Below the pieces are notes generated by a model. It made no database searches, was not told the DNA's origin, and saw only the letters and a program-made list of their open reading frames with translations. The translations under genes and the position numbers were made by a program. From assembly GCA_019058315.1 (NCBI GenBank), contig JAHPZH010000002.1:1339726-1403725 (forward strand): a DNA stretch of 64,000 nucleotides, in the 5' to 3' direction. This document shows, in pieces, positions 10,249-20,570 of the stretch; the stretch's first letter is position 1; every line of letters starts with the position of its first letter. Origin of the DNA: Candidatus Helarchaeota archaeon (GTDB taxonomy: Archaea; Asgardarchaeota; Lokiarchaeia; Helarchaeales; RDOG01).

Positions 10249-11121
10249 TCACAAAATTTCAGTCAGATCATATTTTTCTAAACCTAACTTACCCTCAAAA
10301 GTAGCTGCAGTAATTTTTAGAACTCCTTTCATATCTTTAATTTCCTCTATACCACGATTTAGAGCTTGAAAGAGAGTCATAACATCAATACTATCAACAA
10401 CAATTTGATAACCTGCCGTTTCTGGTAACATTTCAGTATCTTTAACTTTTTTCTGCAAGTCGGGACAGAATCTATGGTCAAATGTTCCCTTTTTTTTCAT
10501 AAAATCATAATTAAGAGAGTCTAATTTAATTATAAATTTAGTCATTCCACCCGAAAAAGGACAAATTACGCCCTCTGTATCTTGAATCACCTCAGTGAAT
10601 TCCATTCCTGCCTTTAATGCAACATCCTTCTTTCCAATTATAATTATATTAGTGCTTACTCCTTCAATAATGCCAAATGTTGATTCTAAAAGCATATTTC
10701 CTTCCATTGTCGGGAGACTCCAGACTTCACGATCCTTAAAATTGCCTTTTTTTTGGAATCCATCACCAAATAAACTAATTGCTTTTCCAATTTCTAATTT
10801 TTTCACATTTGGATCTTCAATCATCGCATCATAAACAGATATAGTAGGACAAGGAAGGAGGTTTTGGAAGATTCTTCTAGCTAGTTCTTGTTCTAATAAT
10901 TTTTTATTAGGTGCACAAATCATCATTATTACTCCTGGTCGATTGTCAATTGTGTTTTCTGATCGAATATCTACTCCCGCTTCAACTCCTTTCTTATTTC
11001 CAAATCCAGAGGCTGCCCGAGCCCCTGTCAAAGCCCATTCTTGAGATATTGCAGTAATAAGTATTCTGGATATCCAAAGAGGGTACAATTCCCCTTTTCC
11101 TTCAATTTTTATTTCACTCAT
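10249..11121 (-). CDS. divergent formylmethanofuran-H4MPT formyltransferase-like paralog
   Basis: Colinear with the adjacent Ftr (RILITA, EAG, DNRPG, FGDGF, PTMEG, GKLG) but key motifs are altered. Confidence 0.75.
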   Translation of the reverse strand: MSEIKIEGKGELYPLWISRILITAISQEWALTGARAASGFGNKKGVEAGVDIRSENTIDNRPGVIMMICAPNKKLLEQELARRIFQNLLPCPTISVYDAMIEDPNVKKLEIGKAISLFGDGFQKKGNFKDREVWSLPTMEGNMLLESTFGIIEGVSTNIIIIGKKDVALKAGMEFTEVIQDTEGVICPFSGGMTKFIIKLDSLNYDFMKKKGTFDHRFCPDLQKKVKDTEMLPETAGYQIVVDSIDVMTLFQALNRGIEEIKDMKGVLKITAATFEGKLGLEKYDLTEIL

Positions 11122-11157
11122 TAAATAACTCCAAAAAATTTTTAAAAAATGAAAAAA

Positions 11158-12111
11158 TTAAAGCCCTAAGACTTCTTTTAGATGGATATTATGCTTACCA
11201 AGTTTTCCCCCATAGTTACCTGCTGAGATCTTTTTAATTCCAGGAACTTTAACAGCCGCTTTGATACCTGCTGCCGTAGCCTCCTTTAATAAATCTAAAC
11301 TCAGACCATTAAATACTAGCTCTAGAACGCAGTTAACATCAGAAGGTACACTTGAGCCCTCTACTTCGCCTTTTAGTGTAGGACAGAACAAGTGATTAGT
11401 GGAGGCGTGCAAGAATTTTGAATATTTTAAAGAACCAGTTTTTGATCCTGAACGACAAACTCCTCCTGGAAAGCTTGCTATTACTCCTTTTATTTTAATC
11501 ATTTCATCTGCTGCAGCTTTAGCCGCTTTAAGCGTATTTCCGGCATTATCACCCATTATAAAGAAATTTCCGCCTGCAATTCCCTTTTTGGCTTTGAACT
11601 TTTCTTCAATAATAAACTCACCCTCCATGACTGGGATTTTCCAGATTGTCCTTCCAGCTAATGTGTCTTTCTTTTCAAAACCATCTCCAAAGTAACGCAA
11701 CATTCCACCCGTATTAAAAACAGCAGGTGCTGGCACCTTAGTTCCATCTTTTTGTTTCTTTTGATATATGTCAGCTTCCATTCCGAGCCAATCAAAAGCA
11801 GCTGAAGTTGGTGCGGTGAGTACACATTGACCCATCCTATTCATTAAGGCTTTTCCTAAATTAGCTCTTTTAGAACAAAGCATCACAGCAATACCGGGTC
11901 TACCATCTGGTGTGTCAGACTTTGGAACAATAGAGTCAAATCCTGCTTCACAATCGCAAGCAATTGTACTAACTGCGAAACCACTAAAAGTTGATGCAAT
12001 TATTACAGCCCAATCTTCATCAATGGCAGTTATTAATGGTCTTACACACCATATATCAAAAGCCTCTGCATAAGTATCATCTATATCTACTCCATTTAAT
12101 TGTAATACCAA
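11158..12111 (-). CDS. ftr: formylmethanofuran:tetrahydromethanopterin formyltransferase
   Basis: IDDTYAEAF, CDCEAG, TPDGRPG, GQCVLTAPT, FGDGFE, GIAGGNF, SGSK, SAGNYGGKLG. Start moved to TTG 12111 behind a GGAG RBS (ORF track: 12153). Confidence 0.93.
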   Translation of the reverse strand: MVLQLNGVDIDDTYAEAFDIWCVRPLITAIDEDWAVIIASTFSGFAVSTIACDCEAGFDSIVPKSDTPDGRPGIAVMLCSKRANLGKALMNRMGQCVLTAPTSAAFDWLGMEADIYQKKQKDGTKVPAPAVFNTGGMLRYFGDGFEKKDTLAGRTIWKIPVMEGEFIIEEKFKAKKGIAGGNFFIMGDNAGNTLKAAKAAADEMIKIKGVIASFPGGVCRSGSKTGSLKYSKFLHASTNHLFCPTLKGEVEGSSVPSDVNCVLELVFNGLSLDLLKEATAAGIKAAVKVPGIKKISAGNYGGKLGKHNIHLKEVLGL

Positions 12112-12229
12112 AATATCAACTCCAAAGTAAGTAAATCGATTACTATTTCTCAATTATTTTTTAATATCTATTTTTTTAATTACAAATATAAATTATTAGT
12201 AAAATTGATTATTATAAAAAGGTGTATTA

Positions 12230-12763
12230 ATGAGAAATAGAACTCGTGTTCTTTGCTTTATTCCATTAATTCTTTTAATTAGTTTTGGAGTTTGGAATTA
12301 TTATTATGGTTGGCGTCCTCCAGAATTTTCTCCTGACTTATTTCATACTGTAAGTCCAGACTTAATAACTATAAAAAAGCCTGGATCGTATGAAATTTTT
12401 CACAATCTAATTATCAATGGTCGTATTATTTTTATGGAGTTTATAGAAGGGAAGGTACAATTATATCTTCAAGGAATAATTCCTTTAAGAGTAAATTGCT
12501 GTTTTCCACAAGCTCTTGAATATAGAATTGGAGATGACGTTTATCTCAAAGGTTGGTCATATTTTTATTTCAATACTAGTTTGGGTTTAAATTCAGACAT
12601 ATTGGATGGCTATTTCTTAGCGATTGAAGGACATAGGCTTATTTCTTATAAAGTTCCAATTTCATTTATCGGTTTAGCTTTAGTTTTGTTAGTCTTATTC
12701 ACATTATTCAAAATGAAACGAGATCTTAGCTTTGAAAGGAGAGGAGGTGGAAACATTGCCTGA
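12230..12763 (+). CDS. hypothetical membrane protein (two TM anchors, possible OB-fold ectodomain)
   Basis: N- and C-terminal hydrophobic segments; IGDDVYLKG. Confidence 0.6.
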   Translation: MRNRTRVLCFIPLILLISFGVWNYYYGWRPPEFSPDLFHTVSPDLITIKKPGSYEIFHNLIINGRIIFMEFIEGKVQLYLQGIIPLRVNCCFPQALEYRIGDDVYLKGWSYFYFNTSLGLNSDILDGYFLAIEGHRLISYKVPISFIGLALVLLVLFTLFKMKRDLSFERRGGGNIA

Positions 12764-13334
12764 TTGGTTGACTCATATTGGTGTTGCATATTTAATCATT
12801 TGGTTAATAAGTAAAATTGATAAATACGATTCAAAATGCAGAGCATATTATATTTTCTTTTTTATCGGAAGTGTAATGCCAGATCTCGAACGGATTTTAG
12901 CCTTAACAGCGGAATTATTTCAGAATTACCAACTGAAAGAGTTTTTTATAGTCGTGTTTACTACGAGTTTTCATACAATTTTAGGAGTTATTTGTGTTTC
13001 ACTAGCTATGACCTCTTTTTTCCCCAATGAAAACCATAAATTGGTTTATTTATCATTTTTATTAGGTGGATTATTACATTTATTACTAGATGGTATGATG
13101 TGGCCTTGGTCTGGTATGGGTTTGTTCTTATTCTTTCCCTTTTTAACAGGTCCAAGAGGTGCTTTTTCGTTTCATTTAGCCTGGCCTGAAAGTCTGGTTC
13201 CCTTAATTATTACATCTATTGCGGTGGGGCTGACATTAATTATTGATTTAATTCAAAAAAAATCATTAATTTCTTTAACTCCTATTAAAAATCTATTTCA
13301 AAATAATAAAATGCTTAAAAAATCAGCGGAATGA
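12756..13334 (+). CDS. membrane-bound metal-dependent hydrolase (YdjM-like)
   Basis: PDWLTH, GSVMPDL, FHT, HLLLD motifs; TTG start after GGAGGTGG RBS (ORF track: 12732). Confidence 0.8.
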   Translation: MPDWLTHIGVAYLIIWLISKIDKYDSKCRAYYIFFFIGSVMPDLERILALTAELFQNYQLKEFFIVVFTTSFHTILGVICVSLAMTSFFPNENHKLVYLSFLLGGLLHLLLDGMMWPWSGMGLFLFFPFLTGPRGAFSFHLAWPESLVPLIITSIAVGLTLIIDLIQKKSLISLTPIKNLFQNNKMLKKSAE

Positions 13335-13338
13335 CAAA

Positions 13339-13965
13339 ATGAAAAAATCTCCTTCAAAGTTAGCGGAAGAATTCTATGATAAAATTGTAAATCTTCATCA
13401 TGAAGAATTTAATTATGATTTAATTCAGTATAAAAAATGGTTAGATTTGCTAATATCTATGATGAATAAGGGAAGTAAAATCCTTGATCTAGGTTGCGGA
13501 AATGGTAGGGCAGTAAAATATTTTATTGATAGAGGATATAAGGGAGTGGGTATTGATCTATCTGATGAAATGTTGAAACTAGCTAGAGCAAATGTGAAAA
13601 ATGGAGAATTTTATAAGAAAGATTTTACAAAACTCGATTTTGGAAATGAATCCTTTGATTCAATTATCTCATTTTTCGCATTAAATCATATCGAGAAAGC
13701 AACATTTAAACAAATAATGGCAGAATGCAAAAGAATATTAAAAAAAGATGGTTTTCTACTGCTTGGCATGGTTAGAGGTTCATCTGAAGGATATTGGGTC
13801 GGATTTTATGGACAGAATATGCAACTTTATGGTGCGGGTTATACAAAAAAAGAGCTCTCTGACATATTAAACTCAGAGGGTTATAAAATTCTCAAATCTG
13901 AGATAGAACATTTTAAGGGGAAATATTTTGAAGAGGATCAAATCTTTCTTTTAGGAAAAAAATAA
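13339..13965 (+). CDS. class I SAM-dependent methyltransferase
   Basis: ILDLGCGNG, GIDLS, FDSIIS, RILKKDG. Confidence 0.9.
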   Translation: MKKSPSKLAEEFYDKIVNLHHEEFNYDLIQYKKWLDLLISMMNKGSKILDLGCGNGRAVKYFIDRGYKGVGIDLSDEMLKLARANVKNGEFYKKDFTKLDFGNESFDSIISFFALNHIEKATFKQIMAECKRILKKDGFLLLGMVRGSSEGYWVGFYGQNMQLYGAGYTKKELSDILNSEGYKILKSEIEHFKGKYFEEDQIFLLGKK

Positions 13966-13986
13966 AAAGAATCTAAAAAATTAGAG

Positions 13987-15057
13987 CTATGGTAGGCTCA
14001 TATCCGAATTATCTTCATCATCTTTTACTATTTCTAATTCAATATCTTCAGGAACATCTTCCTTTTTTTCAGGTTCCTTCTTTTCAATTGATTCAGTGAT
14101 CTTTTTAGGTTCTGGCTTTTTTAATTTCTCTTTTGCTATTAATTCCATCACTTCTTTCTTTGCATTTTCTTCTGCATCAATATATTTTTGTAGAGCCTCC
14201 ATTTTTTGTGTATACTCAATTTTTCTGATGGAATATAATTTATTTATAGTTGGAAATTTTTGTAATTTATCTGTTGTTTCAATAGATTTCTCACAATTTT
14301 TAATGGCTTGTTTAAAATCATTTTTCCTGATAGCTTTTTCAATTCTATCAACATAATTACGTAAATCGTTTTCTAACTTCGGCACAGTCTTTAATTCTGC
14401 AGCTTTACCTTTAAATTGACTCGATAGATCTGTTTCCCCTATTTCATCAAGCAATGCTGCAGCTTTTTCATAATTTTCTGCAGCCACTACATGGTTTTTC
14501 TCATCTAATAATTTTTCAGCAGCAATTAATATTGATGATAATTTACCTGGTATTTCCCCTGCTTTAGCTAATAATTTCTGTGCTGCTGCAAATTCACCCT
14601 TATCTAATAAAATTTTTGCTTTATTACTAATCTTTTCTTTAATTTTTTCTTCTGAGTAAACAAATTTCCTAGCGGATATCATTTCATCATAAGTAGTTTT
14701 TACGAGATCCCCAAGATAAGGATTGTTTAATTCACCTCTGATATCCTTTTCTACTTTTCTTAAAAAAGGGAAGAATTCTTTGCTTGATTCCTCAGGGTTC
14801 AAAATTAACAATATCATTACTCTTCGGAGGACATCCTTCTCTTTAAATTGAAAAAAATGAGATGCGATATTAGTTCCCTCTAATTGAAATGAAATATCTG
14901 TTTCTGGAGGAACCTTTCCTGAATGAATCATAAAAGTTTGCATAGATAGGTCAGATAGTGAAGATTTAAAATCGAAATCTGGATATTTTGTTTTAACAAT
15001 TGGTCCTTTTAGTTGATCCCAATCAACTATAAAAATTCCTAAAGGCATTTTACCCAC
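13987..15057 (-). CDS. longin/uDENN-like domain protein with TPR/SNAP-like helical region
   Basis: N-terminal GIFIVDWDQLKGPIVKTKYP (F/W-DxxxGP longin signature); helical repeats AAENYEKAAALL, QAIKNCEKSIE. Start may be ATG 15048. Confidence 0.65.
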   Translation of the reverse strand: MGKMPLGIFIVDWDQLKGPIVKTKYPDFDFKSSLSDLSMQTFMIHSGKVPPETDISFQLEGTNIASHFFQFKEKDVLRRVMILLILNPEESSKEFFPFLRKVEKDIRGELNNPYLGDLVKTTYDEMISARKFVYSEEKIKEKISNKAKILLDKGEFAAAQKLLAKAGEIPGKLSSILIAAEKLLDEKNHVVAAENYEKAAALLDEIGETDLSSQFKGKAAELKTVPKLENDLRNYVDRIEKAIRKNDFKQAIKNCEKSIETTDKLQKFPTINKLYSIRKIEYTQKMEALQKYIDAEENAKKEVMELIAKEKLKKPEPKKITESIEKKEPEKKEDVPEDIELEIVKDDEDNSDMSLP

Positions 15058-15601
15058 CCACCTTATTTAATATTTTTCGTGCCATTTTTTCAAAAATCTT
15101 ATTAATATTTTCTCCAGTTTTTGCTGAAGTTTCTTCAAAATCTATGTTCATGTCTTTTGCAAGTTTTTCTCCATCTTTTCTTGAGATTTCTCTTTGATCT
15201 TGTAAATCTATTTTATTTCCGATTAAAAATCCTGTAAATTCTTTTTCTTTTTTAAATGAATTAGACTTTTTCAAATCTTTAAACCATTTTGCAGTCTTGT
15301 TAAATGAATCTTCGCTTGTTATATCATAAACTAAAAAAAATCCAATAGCTCCTTCAAAGAATATCTTTCTTACTTTCATGAACTTCGACTGTCCAGCTAT
15401 ATCCCATATGTAAAGATCAACAGTCTTCCCAATATCACCAGAGTCATCGGCAAAAGCCAGCTCCTTCTTACTAACCTGACAACCAACTGTAGGAATATAT
15501 AATTCTCGGAATTTCTTTTCCGTATAATTCAACATAAGGGTAGTTTTGCCTACAGCTGGTTCTCCAACCACGACTATCTTCCACTTGTAATCAACAGACA
15601 T
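15050..15601 (-). CDS. Rab/Ras-like small GTPase
   Basis: G1 GEPAVGKT, G2 YIPTVG, G3 WDIAGQ, G4 GNKID, G5 ETSAK; no C-terminal Cys. Confidence 0.93.
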   Translation of the reverse strand: MSVDYKWKIVVVGEPAVGKTTLMLNYTEKKFRELYIPTVGCQVSKKELAFADDSGDIGKTVDLYIWDIAGQSKFMKVRKIFFEGAIGFFLVYDITSEDSFNKTAKWFKDLKKSNSFKKEKEFTGFLIGNKIDLQDQREISRKDGEKLAKDMNIDFEETSAKTGENINKIFEKMARKILNKVGG

Positions 15602-15699
15602 AGATTTTCGCTTTTTTGAAAACTTACATTTCTGTTAAAGTATTATAAAATAGAATATATAATGAGACATAAATTTATCTTTTTCTTAATTTTTTCATT

Positions 15700-15969
15700 C
15701 TATTTGATCTTTTTTTTATCTATCGGATTAAGATTGATTTTTATTGTTTTATTTCTAGATTTTAAGCCTTGGATAATCTTTATTTGGTTTTGCTGTACCT
15801 TAAAATGATCAGCAATTAACTTGATTAATTCTTTATTAGCTTTTCCCCTTTCAGGTCTTGATTTTACCCATATTTCGAACAATTTATCAGAAATTTCTTG
15901 AATTTTTTGTTGTTTTGAATTGGGTTTTACTTTTACCTCTATTATTTTTTCCATTTTTAATGTCTCCAT
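15700..15969 (-). CDS. DUF167 (UPF0235/YggU-like) protein
   Basis: VKVKPNS, PERGKANKELI, IIQGLKSRNK. Confidence 0.88.
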   Translation of the reverse strand: METLKMEKIIEVKVKPNSKQQKIQEISDKLFEIWVKSRPERGKANKELIKLIADHFKVQQNQIKIIQGLKSRNKTIKINLNPIDKKKIK

Positions 15970-15991
15970 CGAAATTGAATTATAATATTAC

Positions 15992-17341
15992 TTATTCTTT
16001 CTCAACTCTTCTTTTTAATTCCTCTTGAATTCTTTCAATATTTGGAATAATTGATTTCCTCATAGAGAGTAAGAAGAGAAAAGCGGATGGAAAACAGATT
16101 AACATAAAAAGAAAATAAGTTCCAGAATAATTTAATGGTGTGTAAAGAGCAAGTATTGTAAATATCGGTATAAATATGGCAGTTGCAGCGGTATTAGCTA
16201 ATAACATTATGGAGTTTGTTGTTGCCCTTACTTCTGGAAAATTAACATCTGCCACAATAACACCGGTATTGGGGTGTGTGCCAATGATAAAAAAGGAGCC
16301 AGTTGCTAATACAATTGCAAAAATATAAAATAATATAACACCTGCTGGATAATTAAATGTAAATGGTATTAAAAATGCAGGAATTATAAAACACATACCT
16401 ATTCCTAATATTTTTATCATCACTTTCAATCGCCCATCTTTTGTTTCACGAAATTTTCTATCTGCCACATTTCCCCAATATATTTGACCCACTAATTGGA
16501 TTCCAAATATTGAAAACATCATTAATGTTGCTAGTCCTGTTTGAACTCCATGTTGAACATTTAGAAATAAAATAAAGAGTTTTCCAAGAGTAGAATTAAC
16601 AATAATTAGTAGAAAGTAAAAAGAAAATAATTTTAGATTTATTGGCCTTCTAAAAAAATCTAATGTACCATCTAGAGTAAGGGTATAATCATAAGTTTCT
16701 CCTCGCTTACGCAATTCTTCTAATCCTTCATCTTGTGCACCTCTTTCTGGTTCCTTTAACGTTAATGTTAATCCACAATAAAAAAGACCTGCGAAAAAGT
16801 CAAATAAATATGGAAATTCTAATGGGAAATTACTTCCATATATTAAAGAGGGAATTATTCCTGATACGGTCATTCCTAATCCTATAGCAGCAGTACCAGC
16901 AATACCCATCCATCCCATGACACCTCCTCTATCTTTAGAAGGAACAAAATCTACTAATAGAGTAAAAACTGCTGGACCCAAAGCAGTATTTATAACGACT
17001 GCTAGAAATCTCATTAGTCCAAATAGCCAAAATTCAGTCCGTAAAGAAATTGTGAAGACTGTAAGGAGACTAACTATCGATCCAGATAATATCATTAAAA
17101 AAATTAAACGGACTCTATTAACTTTATCTGCAATAGCTCCCCATAAAGGTAAAAAAACAGCTCCCGCAATCGCCATTATAGAAATTAAAAACGCTATTGA
17201 GAGTTGATTGACCCCAAAAACTTCTCCCATTTTTAATAATAATGGAGCATCGAATCCTGCATCTGTAGTCATTATTACGCTTAGAAAAATGAAATATAAT
17301 AAATGATGCAAGGTAAAGATAGGTTTTTTTGAGTTTTCCAT
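15992..17341 (-). CDS. MFS transporter
   Basis: About 12 TM segments; WGAIADKVNR motif A and WGNVADRK. Confidence 0.88.
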   Translation of the reverse strand: MENSKKPIFTLHHLLYFIFLSVIMTTDAGFDAPLLLKMGEVFGVNQLSIAFLISIMAIAGAVFLPLWGAIADKVNRVRLIFLMILSGSIVSLLTVFTISLRTEFWLFGLMRFLAVVINTALGPAVFTLLVDFVPSKDRGGVMGWMGIAGTAAIGLGMTVSGIIPSLIYGSNFPLEFPYLFDFFAGLFYCGLTLTLKEPERGAQDEGLEELRKRGETYDYTLTLDGTLDFFRRPINLKLFSFYFLLIIVNSTLGKLFILFLNVQHGVQTGLATLMMFSIFGIQLVGQIYWGNVADRKFRETKDGRLKVMIKILGIGMCFIIPAFLIPFTFNYPAGVILFYIFAIVLATGSFFIIGTHPNTGVIVADVNFPEVRATTNSIMLLANTAATAIFIPIFTILALYTPLNYSGTYFLFMLICFPSAFLFLLSMRKSIIPNIERIQEELKRRVEKE

Positions 17342-17473
17342 CTAAATCAGAATTTATTTTAAATCTATAATAATTTGTAATGCAAAATTGATATAATTAA
17401 TATTAATCGTATATTTAATAACAACTTAAAATTGAAATTATTCAAATAACCAGATTTCTGTAGGTTATCTTTT

Positions 17474-18016
17474 ATGACGAAAGATAAAAAAGACTATAAG
17501 AAATTACTTAAAGCAGCCTTTGATGATAAAGTAAATCATGTAGTTTATTTATTAAAATTTCTGGATTCAAAAGGGGGTCCAGATTTAATTAGAGAATATT
17601 ATGCTGAAGCCATTCCAAATTTTGTTAAAAAATATTCTGCACCTGGAGAGACAATTAAAAAACTCTATAAATTTTGGCTTAGAAGAAATCCTGTTGATAA
17701 TTTAAAAAAAGTAATTGACTCAATTCGGGAGGGCAGCGAATTTTATCTACCTCTTGAAAATTTTAGAATTTCGCAGGAAGATGAGGGAAATGAACTAGTC
17801 TCAGATATCAAATGCAAATATCTAAAAAATATCACAAAACAAGCAAAAAAATTTCAGTGTAATTTCGATACACGAGAATATTACTGTAAAAACGCTTGTA
17901 TTCCATTACTTAACATATTATATTCCGAACTTTTTTTAGATTTGAGAGTAGAATTAACTAAAAAAGGATGTATACAAAAAGTTAGAATAAATTTGGAATT
18001 ACTAAATAAAGAATAG
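17474..18016 (+). CDS. hypothetical protein with Cys motifs (possible V4R/ATC-hydrolase-like fold)
   Basis: CKYL...C...YCKNACIP...GC pattern. Confidence 0.55.
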   Translation: MTKDKKDYKKLLKAAFDDKVNHVVYLLKFLDSKGGPDLIREYYAEAIPNFVKKYSAPGETIKKLYKFWLRRNPVDNLKKVIDSIREGSEFYLPLENFRISQEDEGNELVSDIKCKYLKNITKQAKKFQCNFDTREYYCKNACIPLLNILYSELFLDLRVELTKKGCIQKVRINLELLNKE

Positions 18017-18088
18017 AATAATATAAGATATAAAAATTTGTCAATAATAAGGTTAAATTAATTTAAAAAAGAAAAAAGAGATTTAAAA

Positions 18089-19213
18089 TTAATCTACGTA
18101 TTGGTTGACTTTTCTAATCTGATTTTCAGCTTCATCCATTATCTTTTTAATAACTTCTGCAACGGTAGGTAAACTATAGACTCCACAGACGGTCTGTCCA
18201 CAAAGAACTGCTCCGTCCTCAACATTTCCTTCGTATACTAAGTCATATGCTCTCAAATCTTTCTCAAAATCTTCTGATCTCTGTGCTATACTGCCGCCCA
18301 TCTGCTTCTCCATAGCGATTCGTTCTTCTTTGGACATTGTAAGTTTGTGACCCATAGCGTATTTATTTCTTAATAACCTAATAGGTCCAAATGCTCCATC
18401 ACACATCATTGTGTCGGCATCTTTAGCTTTTACCAAAGCATCCTTAAAATTCTGATGAAAGTCGCCATCGCTAGTTGAAATGAATCTCGTACCCATTTGA
18501 ACGGCGTCTGCCCCTAAGGCTAACGCACTTGCCAATGTCTTCCCATCCATCATTCCACCACCGGCTACAATTGGTAAATCCGGAAATTCGTCTCTTGTTT
18601 CCGGGATCAGAACTGAAGTGCACACACCCTCATACGATTGATGTCCACCACCTTCATATCCAACCGCAACTACGCCATCACATCCTGCTTTGACCGTATG
18701 TTGAACTAGGCCAAGAGAAGGACTGACATGAAAATGTAATAGGTCAGGCTTACCATCTTTATAATATTTCTCTCTATTAATTATTTTATTAGGAGGAGCT
18801 GGGTTTCCTGCAGAAGTTACAATTAATCTTAAGCTTTCCTTCAATTTTTTACTTTTTTCACGTGCTTTAATGACAGTTCTTATTATTTGAGGTGCATCTA
18901 CCTGAATCCTTGCAACACGAATATTACAACCGATTATAGCTCCATCGTTAAGGTTTTCCTCAATATAATTTAAGTCGTGTTCCATTTTAGCTTTAGGGGA
19001 TACAACTTCTCCATGTTCTCTATCAATAAGGTGAGTCTTTGGGTTCACGGGAGTAAGGATACCCCAATGACTCGTGAGACCTACTCCACCGTTATTTGAA
19101 ACTAAAACAGCAGTTCTATAAGTAGAAAATGGTCCCATACCTGCTAATACTATTGGATGTCGACAACCTAATAGTTCAGTAAATTTTGTTTTGATAACCA
19201 ATTTATTCACCAT
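18089..19213 (-). CDS. nitronate monooxygenase/FabK-like FMN oxidoreductase, paralog 1
   Basis: PIVLAGMG, TSAGNP, GYEGGGH, AGGG, LGADAVQMGTRF. Confidence 0.88.
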   Translation of the reverse strand: MVNKLVIKTKFTELLGCRHPIVLAGMGPFSTYRTAVLVSNNGGVGLTSHWGILTPVNPKTHLIDREHGEVVSPKAKMEHDLNYIEENLNDGAIIGCNIRVARIQVDAPQIIRTVIKAREKSKKLKESLRLIVTSAGNPAPPNKIINREKYYKDGKPDLLHFHVSPSLGLVQHTVKAGCDGVVAVGYEGGGHQSYEGVCTSVLIPETRDEFPDLPIVAGGGMMDGKTLASALALGADAVQMGTRFISTSDGDFHQNFKDALVKAKDADTMMCDGAFGPIRLLRNKYAMGHKLTMSKEERIAMEKQMGGSIAQRSEDFEKDLRAYDLVYEGNVEDGAVLCGQTVCGVYSLPTVAEVIKKIMDEAENQIRKVNQYVD

Positions 19214-19275
19214 TTTGCTTATATCTAAAAACTTCTTCTTTTAACTTTAATAGAAAAAGAAATTTGTTTATGTTC

Positions 19276-19304
19276 CGTTACGTAGTAAATTATAAAAATT
19301 TAAT
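19276..19304 (-). promoter_or_regulatory. putative TATA-containing promoter element conserved upstream of both FabK-like paralogs
   Basis: Plus-strand cgttacgtagtaaattataaaaatttaat matches 20571-20600; reads ATTAAATTTTTATAATT on the minus strand. Confidence 0.5.
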
Positions 19305-19363
19305 CATCCATTTCGCAAGATTGAAAAAAAGTAGTAAAAAAATAGATGCGAGGGGTTAAATGG

Positions 19364-20473
19364 TTAATCTACATATGTATTTATGAGTTTAATCCTTGCT
19401 TCAGCTTGTTTCATCATTTTATCCATCAATTCTTTTACGGTAGGTAGGTCACGAATGCCGCAAATAGTCTGTCCACACAAAACAGCACCATACTCCATAT
19501 CTCCCTCATATGTTAGTTCATATGCCCTTCCATCTTTTAATAACTGTTGCGATAAATCTTGATCTATGCCATAAGCTTTTTCCTGTTTAACCTTTTCTTC
19601 TTTTGACATAATTGATCTGTGTGATAAAGCATATTTGTTCCTTAATATGCGAATTGGACCAAATCCACCTTGGCAAATCATAGTATCAGCATCTTGTCCT
19701 TTAACAAGTGCATTTTTAAAATTAATGTGAAAGTCGCCATCAATTGTAGCTATAAATCGAGATCCCATTTGAATACCGTCAGCTCCCAAAGCCAATGCGC
19801 TAGCTAAGGTGTTTCCATCAAAGAAACCGCCTCCAGCGACAATAGGTTTATCAGGAAAGGCATCTCGCGTCTCAGGAATTAATACTGATGTACAAATTTC
19901 TTCATAAGATTGATGTCCACCACCTTCAATACCCACAGCAACAACTCCATCACACCCTGCTTTTATCGTGTTTTTAACCAATGCAAGAGAGGGGCTGACA
20001 TGAAAATGGTAAAGGTCAGGTTTTCCATCTTTGTAGTATTTTGGGTTTTTAATTATTTTATTAGGTGGTACAGGGTTTCCTGCAGATGTAACTACAATCT
20101 TAACACATTCTTTAAGCTTTTTACTTCTCTCACGCTCTTTAACAATTGTTCTTACTACTCTCGGAGCATCTACTGACATCCTAGCAACACGCACATTACA
20201 ACCAGCAATAGCACCATCATTTAAGTTTTCCTCAAAGTATTTAAGATCGTATTTCATTTTTTTAACACTTGAGATTGTGACGCCGTTTTCTCTATCGATT
20301 AAAAATCCTTTGTCCGGATTAACCGGTGAAATTACACCCCAATGAGAGGTCAGACCGACTCCTCCGGCATTCGAAACTAATGTAGCAGTTTTATAGGTTG
20401 TAAAAGGTCCCATACCTGCCAGCATTATAGGTCTTTCACATCCCAATAGTTCAGTAAATCTAGTTTTAATCAT
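19364..20473 (-). CDS. nitronate monooxygenase/FabK-like FMN oxidoreductase, paralog 2
   Basis: Same motifs as the 18089-19213 gene, with high similarity. Confidence 0.88.
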   Translation of the reverse strand: MIKTRFTELLGCERPIMLAGMGPFTTYKTATLVSNAGGVGLTSHWGVISPVNPDKGFLIDRENGVTISSVKKMKYDLKYFEENLNDGAIAGCNVRVARMSVDAPRVVRTIVKERERSKKLKECVKIVVTSAGNPVPPNKIIKNPKYYKDGKPDLYHFHVSPSLALVKNTIKAGCDGVVAVGIEGGGHQSYEEICTSVLIPETRDAFPDKPIVAGGGFFDGNTLASALALGADGIQMGSRFIATIDGDFHINFKNALVKGQDADTMICQGGFGPIRILRNKYALSHRSIMSKEEKVKQEKAYGIDQDLSQQLLKDGRAYELTYEGDMEYGAVLCGQTICGIRDLPTVKELMDKMMKQAEARIKLINTYVD

Positions 20474-20570
20474 ATATATCCCATTTCCTATTTTTCATCT
20501 TTAAATTATCGTTTTTTAAATATTAAAGCTCCCTTTTTTTCCGTTTAAGGAAAAAAAATTGATTATTTCT

